64,000 nt of DNA from Candidatus Latescibacterota bacterium (GTDB taxonomy: Bacteria; Latescibacterota; UBA2968; UBA8231). Position numbers and translations under genes: made by a program. The stretch lies in assembly GCA_965197905.1 (NCBI GenBank), contig CBDAOB010000002.1, positions 160,001-224,000 of the forward strand, read 5' to 3'. This document shows positions 28,996-39,089 of the stretch, piece after piece (the first letter of the stretch is position 1; each line of letters opens with the position of its first letter). The notes under the pieces were generated by a model that did no database searches, had not been told where the DNA came from, and saw nothing but the letters and a program-made list of their open reading frames with translations.

Positions 28996-30480
28996 TTGAA
29001 CTTTAGACCGCCCAAAGGGAGGTCGATGTGGGACACCTGGATATTCCCGTGGGAGGAGGTGTTCCACCTGTTTTATATCGAGAACACCGGACCTCCATCG
29101 GATCACATCGGTCACTGGGTCGGAACGGACCTGATGCATTGGGAAGAGCGGCCTTCCATTCCGGTTACCAGCGGCGTTAAAGGGGACTGGAACGAGCGCG
29201 GCCCCACTCTCACCGGCACGGTTGTTCACCATCAGGGGAAGTTCCACCTGTTCGCTGGTTCGATGCCGGGAGGCGAGCAGCAAACCGGACTATTCGTTTC
29301 CGAGGATCTGGAAAATTGGGCGCCACATCCCAACAATCCGATCCTCAAAGCGGCCGGCCCCCACTACTTGGATCGGCCGGTCCCCCCGCTGTTTCACGAC
29401 ATGCTGGATTTTCGCGACCCGTTCATCTGGTTTCGTCCTGAAGACCGGCAGTTCCATGCCCTTCTTCACGGTCGACTTCCGCGGTGGAGTCATGAGCACA
29501 CCGGCGCGGTGTTCGCGCACATGCAGTCCAGCGATCTGATTCACTGGGAGCATCTGCAGCCGTTCGATGCGCCTACCGGATTCTATGAAAAGACGGAGGT
29601 GCCCGATCTCTTCGAGCTGGATGGAAGGCACTATCTGCTCTTTACGACCAGGAGTCGTGGCGGGATCCGCCTGCGTACCGACGGCAGACAGAACGCCGAC
29701 GGCACCTTCTATTTCATCTCCGATAACTGGGATGGTCCATACCAGAGGCCGGAGAATTTCCTCGTAGTAGGCGCGGAGAAAGGGGTGCCGGGTCCGTATT
29801 GTGGGCATACGATCGCCCACGGCGGCGAGCGCATTCTCTACCACCACATAGCCGGCCACCGGGCTGCCCTGGCGTCCCCAAAGAGAGTGCGCACCCAAGG
29901 GGATGGAACCCTGTATCTCGAGTACATGTCCGTGCTGGAATCGCTTGAGGAAGAGGTGCTGACGGAGAGCCCGAAGGACCTACCCTGTTTCGGCAGCGGA
30001 GATTGGGGCGAATGGGACCGCAGTGACGAGCGCATCACGGGAACTGCCACCCACGTGGGCTCCTCCTGCAAGATTGCTCAGGATCTGGCGGATCTGCACC
30101 TTTCATGCCGCATGCGCCTGGACACGGCAGCGGGTGCAGGAATCGTCTTGCGGGTCTCCGAAGGAGAAGGGGTATGGCTCTTTCTTGACCGGGACCAGGG
30201 ACAGATTGTCGTCGGCGGTGCGAGCTACCGACCGTACTGCGGTTGGTCTGGATTGCCTGGCGGCGATGCAGCTTCACTGAGCATGGAGCCCAACCAGGAG
30301 TACCTGCTGCGCTGCTTCGCGCGGGACGAGCATTTTGAATTCTATCTGAACGATCGGTGGATAGCCGCACTGGCATGGGAGCGGGCGGCGCCAGTGGGAG
30401 ATCTCGAACTGTTCGTGGAGCGGGGCTCGGCATCGTTCTCCCAGATCAGAATCGCCACCATCGAACCATTTCTCTGGTGA
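28996..30480 (+). CDS. Glycoside hydrolase family 32-like (5-blade propeller plus beta-sandwich)
   Basis: MWDTW, FRDP, TEVPD catalytic-type motifs; TTG start chosen after AAGGAGG (ORF is open from 28942). Confidence 0.8.
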   Translation: MNFRPPKGRSMWDTWIFPWEEVFHLFYIENTGPPSDHIGHWVGTDLMHWEERPSIPVTSGVKGDWNERGPTLTGTVVHHQGKFHLFAGSMPGGEQQTGLFVSEDLENWAPHPNNPILKAAGPHYLDRPVPPLFHDMLDFRDPFIWFRPEDRQFHALLHGRLPRWSHEHTGAVFAHMQSSDLIHWEHLQPFDAPTGFYEKTEVPDLFELDGRHYLLFTTRSRGGIRLRTDGRQNADGTFYFISDNWDGPYQRPENFLVVGAEKGVPGPYCGHTIAHGGERILYHHIAGHRAALASPKRVRTQGDGTLYLEYMSVLESLEEEVLTESPKDLPCFGSGDWGEWDRSDERITGTATHVGSSCKIAQDLADLHLSCRMRLDTAAGAGIVLRVSEGEGVWLFLDRDQGQIVVGGASYRPYCGWSGLPGGDAASLSMEPNQEYLLRCFARDEHFEFYLNDRWIAALAWERAAPVGDLELFVERGSASFSQIRIATIEPFLW

Positions 30481-30539
30481 GCGATCTGCAACATCGTCGA
30501 CTTCCTCGCGCAGGCAGAGTTCTGATGCTCCCGCGCGAA

Positions 30540-30567
30540 CTTGACCCGACGCGCTATAACCCGATTT
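30540..30567 (+). promoter_or_regulatory. Recurrent upstream motif, copy 5
   Basis: CTTGACCCGAC-GCGC-TATAA-CCC-GATTT, upstream of the gene at 30632. Confidence 0.5.
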
Positions 30568-30631
30568 TTTCAGCGAAACATCACGCAAGTTGAGAAGGAA
30601 AATCGTGCAGGCAGTTCCAGGGAGAAAAATC

Positions 30632-31588
30632 ATGTCTCGTCTCCAGGTTGCAGTGGTCGGTACCGGAAAGAAGGGCAATCAGCATCTCGGAATTCTTCAC
30701 GATCACGAGAACGTGCAGCTGGCGGCCGTGTGCGATCCCTTACCCGAAGCCCGGGACCGGGCAGGTGAACAGTTCGGGATCGATGCGCGCTACGCCACGG
30801 TGGAATCGATGCTGGAAAAGGAGGCAGATCGTCTCGATGCGGTATGGGTCGCGACGCCGCCCGATCTAAACGCGCCAACCGCCCTGCCCTGCCTGCAGAA
30901 GGGTGTCAATACCTTCCTCGAGAAACCTCCGGGAATGGGTACCGCCGAAACTACAGCGTTGCGTGACGCCGCGAAACGGACCGGTGCAAAAGGCATGGTG
31001 GGCTGGAACCGCCGGATGAATTCGTTCGTGGTAAAGGCCAGGCAGATGGTTGAGGAGAGGGGACCGGTCGTGCAGTTGGTGGGTGAGTTCCACAAGAGTC
31101 TCACTGCTTTCGAGAAACGGGGCCTTTATACGGAAGAGTTTCTCGACAACATGATGTGGGAGTCGATCAATCACAGCGTCGACGTAGTGAGAGCGATGGC
31201 CAACTCGGAAGTCGCTGAGGTCCACAGTTTCGTCCGCAGGGCCCTGCACAAGTACAAAGACGTGTTTGGGGCAATGGTTATTTTTGAAAACAACTGCCTC
31301 GCACATCTGATCTTCAACTGGACGAGCGCAGGCAGGCTGGAACGCTACGAGCTCCACGGACGTGATGTATCGGCCTACCTGGAAGGGATCGAAACGGGTT
31401 ATGTGCTGCGCGATGGCGAGCGCATCGATATCGAAGCTGGGGGTGGTGGAACCGAAGAGCAGGATGCCTATTTCCTCGAGTGCATAGCGAATGATCGGCC
31501 AGTGTCAGTGCCGGCTTGCGATCTCGATGAGGCGGTGAAGACGGTCGAGTTATGCGACGCTATCCTCGAAGGTCTGCGAGAAAATTAG
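30632..31588 (+). CDS. Gfo/Idh/MocA family oxidoreductase
   Basis: VVGTGKKG, FLEKPPG, GWNRR; paralog of 10061..11017. Confidence 0.9.
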   Translation: MSRLQVAVVGTGKKGNQHLGILHDHENVQLAAVCDPLPEARDRAGEQFGIDARYATVESMLEKEADRLDAVWVATPPDLNAPTALPCLQKGVNTFLEKPPGMGTAETTALRDAAKRTGAKGMVGWNRRMNSFVVKARQMVEERGPVVQLVGEFHKSLTAFEKRGLYTEEFLDNMMWESINHSVDVVRAMANSEVAEVHSFVRRALHKYKDVFGAMVIFENNCLAHLIFNWTSAGRLERYELHGRDVSAYLEGIETGYVLRDGERIDIEAGGGGTEEQDAYFLECIANDRPVSVPACDLDEAVKTVELCDAILEGLREN

Positions 31589-31702
31589 GGGAAGCAGAGT
31601 ATCGGCGGCCGACGCCCTCGGGTTTACCTATTTCGATCTGTTGTTAGGTTGTCTCGCAGGTGAAGGTCCAGAAATGCTACGGAAAAGCTGAGAGCCAAAC
31701 CG

Positions 31703-32443
31703 ATGAAGAGCACTGAGCCGCTGGAGGTATTCGGTCAGCGGGAATTCGAACGCTTATCTGAACAGGGTTACTTGAGACTGGGCGGTTTGCTTTCTGCCGC
31801 CGACCTTGACGTATTGCGCCAGCGCGCCGACGACATCATGCTCGGCACGGTCACCTATGAGGGAATGACCTTCGAGCGCGATAGCGAGACGGGCGAATAC
31901 GCGGATCGCGTGCCCAAATCGCGTCGCCACGAAGTGTCGACGCTAGCCTACCGACGGATCGACCGCATGGACCTGGATCCGCTCTACCTGGCCATCATGC
32001 GGCGTGACATATTTCGCTCTATAACTCGCCGATTGATTGGCGAGAAGGTGGCGAGCTATCGGACCATGTTGTTCAACAAACCTGCCGAGCGCGGCACCCA
32101 TCTGCCCTGGCACCGGGACCCGGCGTACAACGGTTACCAAATGATCAACATCTGGATAGCCCTCGACGAGGCGACGGTCGCCAACGGATGTATGCAATTG
32201 GCCGCGGGCAGTCATCTCGCAGCACAAGACAGTTGGCCCGGAGATGAATGGGTGCCGGACGATATCGTAGAGCTCGTGGCGGACCCAGGTGAGGGTATCC
32301 TGCTTCACAGCATGGTCGTCCATCGCTCCGGCCTCAACAAGACCGCCGAACCTCGGCGCGCTTTCGCGTATGGGTATGTGGACGCTGCCGCTGCGGTCGA
32401 CGGCGCCGGTGTGCCGCTGCCGTTGATTTTCGGCGGCGATTAG
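31703..32443 (+). CDS. PhyH family dioxygenase
   Basis: FNKPA, PWHRD, WIALDEAT, NGCM, GSH, HRSGLN. Confidence 0.9.
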   Translation: MKSTEPLEVFGQREFERLSEQGYLRLGGLLSAADLDVLRQRADDIMLGTVTYEGMTFERDSETGEYADRVPKSRRHEVSTLAYRRIDRMDLDPLYLAIMRRDIFRSITRRLIGEKVASYRTMLFNKPAERGTHLPWHRDPAYNGYQMINIWIALDEATVANGCMQLAAGSHLAAQDSWPGDEWVPDDIVELVADPGEGILLHSMVVHRSGLNKTAEPRRAFAYGYVDAAAAVDGAGVPLPLIFGGD

Positions 32444-32510
32444 CGAACGCTCTGCCGATCGCAGGTCATGCAGCTCATCCACCGTCGATACATTTCGCAA
32501 TGGAGCCCCC

Positions 32511-33542
32511 ATGAAGAGAGTAACCGTCGACGCCGCCGGCAAGGTGGACGTCCAGGAAGCCGATTCTCCTGAGTTGCGCCCCAATGGTATTCTGACCCGC
32601 TCCCTCTTCTCGCTCATAAACACAGGAACGGAGGTCTACATCGTCGGCAATCGCCCCCAAGGTGATTCGGACGACGTGGAGATTCTTGGATGCAGCAACT
32701 GCGGCCGCGTGGTCGAGGTGGGTCTGGAGTGCGAGGGATCGGTAAAACCGGGTGACCTGGTGGCTTGCGGTGGCTTGCAAATGGCGACCCACGGAGAGAT
32801 CTGTTCGGTGCCGCGCCAAATGTTCTCCGCGGTTCCGGATGGCGTCGACCCGCAGGACGCTGCCTTTACCACCCTCGGCACGGACTCCATGCATGGGGTG
32901 CGGCAAGGGCGCGTCGGTCTCGGAGATAGGGTGGTGGTGCTGGGCACCGGCCTCATCGGTCAGATGGCGGCCCAGATGGCGCGCTTAAGCGGCGGCCATG
33001 TGCTGGTGGTGGGAAACAGCAACGAGCGCAGACTCGAATTGGCGCTGAGGTTGGGCGCTGAAGAAGTGGCGCTGGCTGGCCGTGAGGATCCTGTGGAAGC
33101 GGTGTTGAGATTTAGCGACGGCAGGGGCGCCGATGTGGTGCTGATGTGCGCGGCACCTTCGGGCAAGGGGGTCATGGGTCAGTGCCTGGATATGGTGCGG
33201 AAGAATGGACGCGTCGTCGTGGTCGGTCTGGCCGAGCTCGAGTTTCCGTTTCTTCAGTGGCATCGCACCGAAGCGGAACTGATGATATCGCGAGCGTACG
33301 GTCCTGGTCGGCACGACCCGGAATACGAAGAGAAGGGGATCGACTATCCCTACAACTTCGTGCGTTGGACCCTCAATAGAAACATGCAGGAATTCCTGAA
33401 GCTTGTAGCCCAGAAGAAGCTGGATGTGCACTCGCTCATATCCCACACCTTTGCTGTGGAAGAGGCCGAGGCGGCATTCGACCAGGTAGTTAACCGGCAC
33501 GACGAAATCACCTCTGTTCTCCTGGAGTATGGGACGAAATGA
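32511..33542 (+). CDS. Zinc-binding/MDR alcohol dehydrogenase family protein
   Basis: SLINTGTE, VLGTGLIG, GADVV, SRAYGPGRHDPEYE. Confidence 0.85.
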   Translation: MKRVTVDAAGKVDVQEADSPELRPNGILTRSLFSLINTGTEVYIVGNRPQGDSDDVEILGCSNCGRVVEVGLECEGSVKPGDLVACGGLQMATHGEICSVPRQMFSAVPDGVDPQDAAFTTLGTDSMHGVRQGRVGLGDRVVVLGTGLIGQMAAQMARLSGGHVLVVGNSNERRLELALRLGAEEVALAGREDPVEAVLRFSDGRGADVVLMCAAPSGKGVMGQCLDMVRKNGRVVVVGLAELEFPFLQWHRTEAELMISRAYGPGRHDPEYEEKGIDYPYNFVRWTLNRNMQEFLKLVAQKKLDVHSLISHTFAVEEAEAAFDQVVNRHDEITSVLLEYGTK

Positions 33543-34360
33543 TGAAACTTTCTCTCTCCGCGCGCATCGCCGAAGAAGAGCACATAAAGGACACCACTGC
33601 GATCAGTTTCGAGGAGCTGGCGAATGTGGCTCGCGACACCGGCTTCTCCGGATTGTGTATCCGCCCCTCCCAGGCTACCGTCGATACCCCGAAAGAGGTA
33701 ATCCAGGAAATGCGGGCGGTGCTCGACCGCTACAACCTCTCCGCTTCGATGGTTACGCTGGATCCGATAATCGCGACGAACACGGCTGAGGCCGGACGGC
33801 CGCAGCGCGAGATCGGCCGCCACCTGGATTACGCCGAGATCCTCGGCGCTACCCTCATTCGCATTGCCATTAAAGATGACGAGGATGTGAAGTGGACCCG
33901 AACCGCCTGTGACGAGGCGGCAGAACGAGGGATCATGTTGTTGCAGCAGACCCACACCGACAGCCCCGCCGAGACGATCGATGGGTGTGTCGACCTGGTC
34001 AAAAAGATCGACCACGCTAGTTTCGGTCTCACGGTGGAGCCCGGTAACCTGGTGCTTTGCGGCGATGAGTACGGTGAAGAGGAGATGAAACGTCTGGCAC
34101 CCCATGTCTGCAACGTCTATCTGCAGAACCTGCGTCCCGTAGCGACCGGCGTCAGAAGCGTGCCCACCTACAGCGGTGAGGCGTTTTACGAGAGGTTGGT
34201 CGTTGGTGAGGAGGGCGGCATCGATTCAGAGCTGTTCCTTTCTGCCTTGAAAGCGATCAACTACGACGGTTTCGTGACCACCCACCAGCCATCCATGGCG
34301 GACAGATCGGCGCGACAATTGGCGGAGTACATGGCAGAGCGGCTCACGCCCCACCTGTAA
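33539..34360 (+). CDS. Sugar phosphate isomerase/epimerase (xylose isomerase-like TIM barrel)
   Basis: Family-typical pattern (G.TVEPGNL, NVYLQN, INYDGFVTTH); start overlaps upstream stop. Confidence 0.75.
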   Translation: MMKLSLSARIAEEEHIKDTTAISFEELANVARDTGFSGLCIRPSQATVDTPKEVIQEMRAVLDRYNLSASMVTLDPIIATNTAEAGRPQREIGRHLDYAEILGATLIRIAIKDDEDVKWTRTACDEAAERGIMLLQQTHTDSPAETIDGCVDLVKKIDHASFGLTVEPGNLVLCGDEYGEEEMKRLAPHVCNVYLQNLRPVATGVRSVPTYSGEAFYERLVVGEEGGIDSELFLSALKAINYDGFVTTHQPSMADRSARQLAEYMAERLTPHL

Positions 34361-34377
34361 GTCAGATCGGCCTGCCA

Positions 34378-34690
34378 AAATAGGGCAGCGGTCCAAATGC
34401 CCTGAAAGCCGGCACGCAACGTGCGCGGCGGCATGGGTAGTCCACGTGCAAGATGGGTATGGAGCACAAGGCCAGGCGTCTGGAGCAAAACCCTCCAGGT
34501 AGGTGCGATAGGTGGTGGCGAAACGTGGATTGATGGAGAACAACTCCAGACCCTAGCCGGATGACGGTTGCCGTCCAGGTTGCTGTCGTAAACGTGGGAG
34601 TTTGCGACATTGAGTCCCAGTCTGGCTGCTCCGAGGTCCGCTTCGACACGGCCCCCAACTGATCAAGCTGTATCCCCCGTCGCCGTAGCC
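34378..34690 (-). pseudogene. Multiply deleted relic of a paralog of the 11055..14003 gene
   Basis: Collinear blocks GYGDGGYSLI / VGGRVEADLGAARLGLNVANSHVYDS / GLELFSINPRFATTYRTYL / SIPILHVDY / PRTLRAGFQG-FGPLPY match widely separated segments of the intact paralog. Confidence 0.8.
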
Positions 34691-34780
34691 TTGCCGAGAC
34701 GCTCCACAGGCCCGTTAATTCTCTGCCTGCCCTTGCGCGAGGTCGAGATCACGCTCCTACTCAACAATAAGGAGACAAGA

Positions 34781-35833
34781 ATGCCCCGCTTTACTTCACA
34801 AGAGCTTCGCGAGATCGGCACCTCTCTTTTCCAAGCCTCTGGATGTCGCGAAGAGGATGTGAAGGCGGTCGTTGATCACCTCGTCGAGTCGAATCTCTTC
34901 GGCCACGATTCTCACGGTGCTATTCGTTTCTCCGAATACGCGCGGGCGATCCGCGAGGGGCGGTTCCAGCCCAACGCCACGCCAAAGATCGTCAAAGATC
35001 ATCCCGCTACCGCTGTGGTAGATGCCGGCGGCGCCATGGGCCAGGTAGGTGCTACCTTTGCCACGAAGCTGGCTATGGAAAAGGCCCGCGCATGTGGCAT
35101 CGGCACCGTGGCATTGCGAAACACCAGTCACATCGGTCGCGTGGGAGCCTATCCTCTGGCTGCCGCGAAACAGGGGTTCATCGCCCAGATCTTCGTCAAC
35201 GCTGGACAACTGGGCTACCAGATTGCGCCCTTCGGAGGCATCGACGGTAAACTCAGCACCAATCCCTTGGCCTTCTCGGCACCCCGGAAGGAAGCCCCAC
35301 CAATCATGGTGGACATGACTACCTCGGTCGTCGCCGAGGGCAAGATCCGCGTTGCCCTCAATAAAGGCATCCAAGTTCCGGAAGGATGGCTTATCGATTC
35401 GAAGGGCGACCCGACCGTGGAACCCACCGACTTCAGTGGAGATCCTCCCGGCGCGATTCTGCCACTTGGGGGTGTGGTGGCACACAAGGGCACGGCCTTG
35501 AGCCTCATGGTGGAAATACTCGGGGGTGCGCTGAGTGGGCTCGGTTGCGCTGCCGGATCGCAGACCATGGTGAGTAACGGCGTGCTGCTGAACGTCTACA
35601 ACATCGATCACTTCGTCGATCGCGACGAGTATTTCGACGAGCTAGAACGTCTGATCGTACACATGAAATCGAGTCGCCTCGCCCCGGGCTTCGACGAGAT
35701 TCTACTGCCCGGAGAGCCTGAGCTCCGCAGCTCCGAAAGGGTTGAGCGGGAAGGTATTGAAGTAGATGAGATGACATGGTCCGCCATCTGCGAAGAAGCT
35801 AAATACGTCGGGCTGGACCTGAAGACGCCCTAG
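34781..35833 (+). CDS. Ldh_2 family (malate/lactate/ureidoglycolate dehydrogenase-like) oxidoreductase
   Basis: GHDSHG, SHIGRVG, STNPLAF, DMTTS, HKGTAL, LLPGEPE; AAGGAG SD. Confidence 0.9.
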   Translation: MPRFTSQELREIGTSLFQASGCREEDVKAVVDHLVESNLFGHDSHGAIRFSEYARAIREGRFQPNATPKIVKDHPATAVVDAGGAMGQVGATFATKLAMEKARACGIGTVALRNTSHIGRVGAYPLAAAKQGFIAQIFVNAGQLGYQIAPFGGIDGKLSTNPLAFSAPRKEAPPIMVDMTTSVVAEGKIRVALNKGIQVPEGWLIDSKGDPTVEPTDFSGDPPGAILPLGGVVAHKGTALSLMVEILGGALSGLGCAAGSQTMVSNGVLLNVYNIDHFVDRDEYFDELERLIVHMKSSRLAPGFDEILLPGEPELRSSERVEREGIEVDEMTWSAICEEAKYVGLDLKTP

Positions 35834-35914
35834 TCGTCACTGCCTCCAGGGTCTCGCTGCAGGGGGGCCGTTCGGGATGCATCTGCGGCGAAGAACGACT
35901 TTGTTCGACCGCAA

Positions 35915-36712
35915 CTACAGGTGCAGATTGACGAAGGGCAGGAGGCGCGCCCATCGTGGGTTGTCGCCCGCGTAGTTTAACAGTCCGATCTGCACGCCGC
36001 GCAAGTGACGGGTATAGTTCACGATGCCGATGGCGACCCCGGCGAAATCGTTCGTTCGTCGCTGCAATCGCCACCCGGTAAGGCCGAAGCCGTTCAACGC
36101 ACCCAGGGTGACACCCCGCACCTCTTCGGAGACCACCATGGCGCCTGCCGCCACCCCGTCGATGCTGCGACCGGCCTCGGTGCGCAGCAAACTGACCGCG
36201 ATCCCGGTGACGCTGTCACCCGCGCCTGCTGCCAGACCTCCCAGTAGAATGCCCCTGGCTCGTCTTCCCGCTCCGGCAAAAAGCCCGATGCCCAGGCCGG
36301 TGAAATCGCCACCCGCCCCGGCCGCCAACCCCCCTAGAGCCACGCCCTCGACCGTCTCCCCGGCGCCGGATCCCAATCCGCCGATGGCGATTCCAGTGAC
36401 GTTCCGGTGAGCGCCTGCTCCGAGCAATCCAAGCGCAGCTCCCCGAACGTCCCGGGCCTCCGGAGCGACCAGACCGGCTGCGAGACCGTTGATCGTCGCC
36501 TCGGGATTCTTGCCGGCCTTCCAGAGGGTAAGGTTGACCCCGGTGATCTCTGTGATGCCCTGGTCGCGCCAGTTGACTCGCAGGCCGGTGTGCCGTGGGG
36601 AGTTTCCGAAGCTAAGACCGTATCCACCCGACGCCAGGTCGAAGGATGCCGGCCATGAGTTGACGCTCCACGACAGAACGAACGTGATAACGCAAATGTA
36701 ATTCCTATACAC
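35915..36712 (-). CDS. Gly-rich repeat surface/exported protein (LA_2272-like repeats)
   Basis: Signal-like N-terminus, tandem G(V/I)A(L/I)GG repeats, C-terminal GVQIGLLN...LPFVNL. Confidence 0.7.
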   Translation of the reverse strand: MYRNYICVITFVLSWSVNSWPASFDLASGGYGLSFGNSPRHTGLRVNWRDQGITEITGVNLTLWKAGKNPEATINGLAAGLVAPEARDVRGAALGLLGAGAHRNVTGIAIGGLGSGAGETVEGVALGGLAAGAGGDFTGLGIGLFAGAGRRARGILLGGLAAGAGDSVTGIAVSLLRTEAGRSIDGVAAGAMVVSEEVRGVTLGALNGFGLTGWRLQRRTNDFAGVAIGIVNYTRHLRGVQIGLLNYAGDNPRWARLLPFVNLHL

Positions 36713-37039
36713 GACCCGATCCTCTATTTGAGCTATACCATTCTTCGACTAGCGCGCCTGTTCGGAGCCGATATAGATCGACCCACGCAGCAGGCCGGGC
36801 GACTCGGCGCCTTCATTTCACAAGCCTACTTCCGATACAGCAACTAGGAAGGGATAAACGGTGCTAACGCTAGTTAAATCAAGAAACTGCGCGCTGTCAG
36901 TTTCGGGAGGGATCGTGTCGGCTCCGAGGAATCCGGACCCGGGACGAGCTGTTTGCGGTCAACGGCGTTCGGAGCCAGCACGCCATGATAACGCGCAAGA
37001 TTGAGGAGCGGTCCGGAACCCCAACGTGGCGCTCCCAGC

Positions 37040-37067
37040 CTTGACCTGAGCCACGATAGAGACCTTT
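37040..37067 (+). promoter_or_regulatory. Recurrent upstream motif, copy 6 (degenerate)
   Basis: CTTGACCTGAG-CCAC-GATAG-AGA-CCTTT, upstream of the gene at 37164. Confidence 0.35.
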
Positions 37068-37163
37068 ATGCTGGCAACCGCGCGAATCTCGCAGGTGCGC
37101 TTCGAGCTACGCGAAGCGCGACTTTACTCATTCTGGCTACAGTGACCCGCGGAGAACTGCCAC

Positions 37164-38699
37164 ATGCCACGAATGAAGGGCGCGCAGGCCCTTGCACGAC
37201 AGCTGCGTTCCGAGGGCGTGAATACCGTATTCACTCTACCCGGCGTGCAGATTATGGAGGCATTCGATGCGCTGTACGAGCTGCAGAATGACATCCAGCT
37301 CGTGCAGACGCGGCATGAACAGGCGACGACCTACATGGCGGATGGTTACGCCAAAGCCACGGGCAAGGTCGGCGTTGCAATGGTTGTTCCCGGCCCCGGC
37401 GCTCTCAATGCGGCGGCCGGCTTGGGAACCGCTTATGCCAGCTCGTCACCCGTGCTTCTCATATCCGGTCAGATCCCCAGTGAAACCCTGGGCAAGCGCC
37501 AGGGACAGCTTCATGAAGTCGAAGACCAGCTGGATGTCTTCAAGCCCATTACCAAATGGAATCATCGCGTTTTAGATGTTGGGGAGATTCCCCAAGTTGT
37601 CCACGAGGCTTTCCGTCAGCTCAAGACCGGTCGCCCGAGACCTGTCGAGCTTGAGATTCCTCCCGATACGCTGGGCGCGATGGGCGATGCCGACATCATC
37701 GAGCTAGAGGAATATCCCCGGGCAGCAAGCGATGCGGGCGATATTCAACGGGCGGCTCAGATCCTTGCCCGGTCGAAACGGCCTACGATAGTCACCGGAG
37801 GAGGAACGATCACATCGGGTGCGTCTCGGGAACTGCGGGAGCTGGCGGAGTTTCTCCAGGCGTCCGTCACCACGACCCAACAGGGCAAAGGGGGATTCTC
37901 AGAAGACCATGAGCTGGCTGTCGGAGCGAACTATGCCGCCGTCAATGCCGCCTCCGTCGTTTTTCCCGACTCCGATGCGATTCTCGCGGTTGGCACTCGT
38001 TTGATGTTCAGAGACTATCAACCGGAAAGCCCGCCGCCATTGATTCAGATCGACGTGGACGAGGCAGAGATAGGCAAGCTCATGACTGCTGAGGTCAGCA
38101 TCGTGGCTGACGCCAAGACGGCCTTGGCGCAATTGCTCGAGCAGCTCCGCGCCACGAGCTCGCCAAAGGAATCGCGCAAGCGGGAGATAGCCGAATACCG
38201 GGAAGCCTACCGCAATGACCTGCGCGAAATGGCCTCTGACCAAATGGATATGATAGGTGTTATCAGAGATGAGCTTGGCGACGATGACATTCTGCTCAGT
38301 GGCATGACCAACGTCGGCTACTGGAGCAATCTAGCCTACCCTGTCCGAGTTCCCAGGACCTTCATCACATCCTCCTACTTTGGAACGCTGGGCTACGAGT
38401 ACCCAACCGCACTTGGAGCAAAGGTGGCGCAGCCTGACAAGAAGGTGGTGGCCCTCTGCGGCGACGGCGGGTTCATGTACAATCCTCAGGAGCTTTCGAC
38501 GGCTTCAAGGTACGGGCTCAATGTCGTCGCTGTCGTCTTCAACAACAAAGCGTTCGGCGCGTCCATGTGGGACCAGACCCACCGCTTCAGTCAACGCTTC
38601 ATCGGGACAGACCTGCGCAACCTGGACGCCGATGCGCCCATTCTCCTAGAAGTCGAAGTCCCCAACATGATGCCGCCGTTTCAGATTATTCGTAACTAG
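37164..38699 (+). CDS. Thiamine pyrophosphate-binding enzyme (acetolactate synthase-like), apparently shortened near the C-terminus
   Basis: TRHEQ, YMADGY, PGPGALN, GRPRPV, GDGGF...NN TPP motif; LRN joins directly to LDADAP. Confidence 0.85.
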   Translation: MPRMKGAQALARQLRSEGVNTVFTLPGVQIMEAFDALYELQNDIQLVQTRHEQATTYMADGYAKATGKVGVAMVVPGPGALNAAAGLGTAYASSSPVLLISGQIPSETLGKRQGQLHEVEDQLDVFKPITKWNHRVLDVGEIPQVVHEAFRQLKTGRPRPVELEIPPDTLGAMGDADIIELEEYPRAASDAGDIQRAAQILARSKRPTIVTGGGTITSGASRELRELAEFLQASVTTTQQGKGGFSEDHELAVGANYAAVNAASVVFPDSDAILAVGTRLMFRDYQPESPPPLIQIDVDEAEIGKLMTAEVSIVADAKTALAQLLEQLRATSSPKESRKREIAEYREAYRNDLREMASDQMDMIGVIRDELGDDDILLSGMTNVGYWSNLAYPVRVPRTFITSSYFGTLGYEYPTALGAKVAQPDKKVVALCGDGGFMYNPQELSTASRYGLNVVAVVFNNKAFGASMWDQTHRFSQRFIGTDLRNLDADAPILLEVEVPNMMPPFQIIRN

Positions 38700-38981
38700 C
38701 TGAGGCCGGACGACACCACCTGCTGCTTCCCTTCTGAGTTTGATCGACTACCCAACGCGTCGCGAGCCGTAGATCCGTCGGAGCTGTCCTGCATCGTGGA
38801 ATTCGTGACGGACTTGTCCGCATTAGCGGACATCCAGCCCGCAAGACCCCGACAAACCGAGGCAATCGGGATTCACCTAACTCACTTTTTTTCAAGGCAT
38901 TAGCCCTCCAGTAGAGAGGGCAGTCGTTGACCTGGCACGGCTGTTGCATCTACCTTGCGAAGCCGGTTTCAGAAACCGCAC

Positions 38982-39089
38982 CTGGACGGCCGCGACGAAA
39001 GCGGTTTATCGATGGCGAGCGGCGTCTACTTCTATCGGTTGCGGGTGGGGGATCAGGTTGAAACTCGAAAGCTACTACTGCTACGGTGA
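38982..39089 (+). pseudogene. Orphan FlgD-Ig/sorting-tail remnant
   Basis: LDGRDESGLSMASGVYFYRLRVGDQVETRKLLLLR*, nearly the same as the C-terminus of 39504..42818, with no upstream body. Confidence 0.75.

Noticed and set aside
36720..37163. TPP riboswitch upstream of the TPP enzyme
   Set aside because: Conserved CUGAGA and downstream consensus elements not found.
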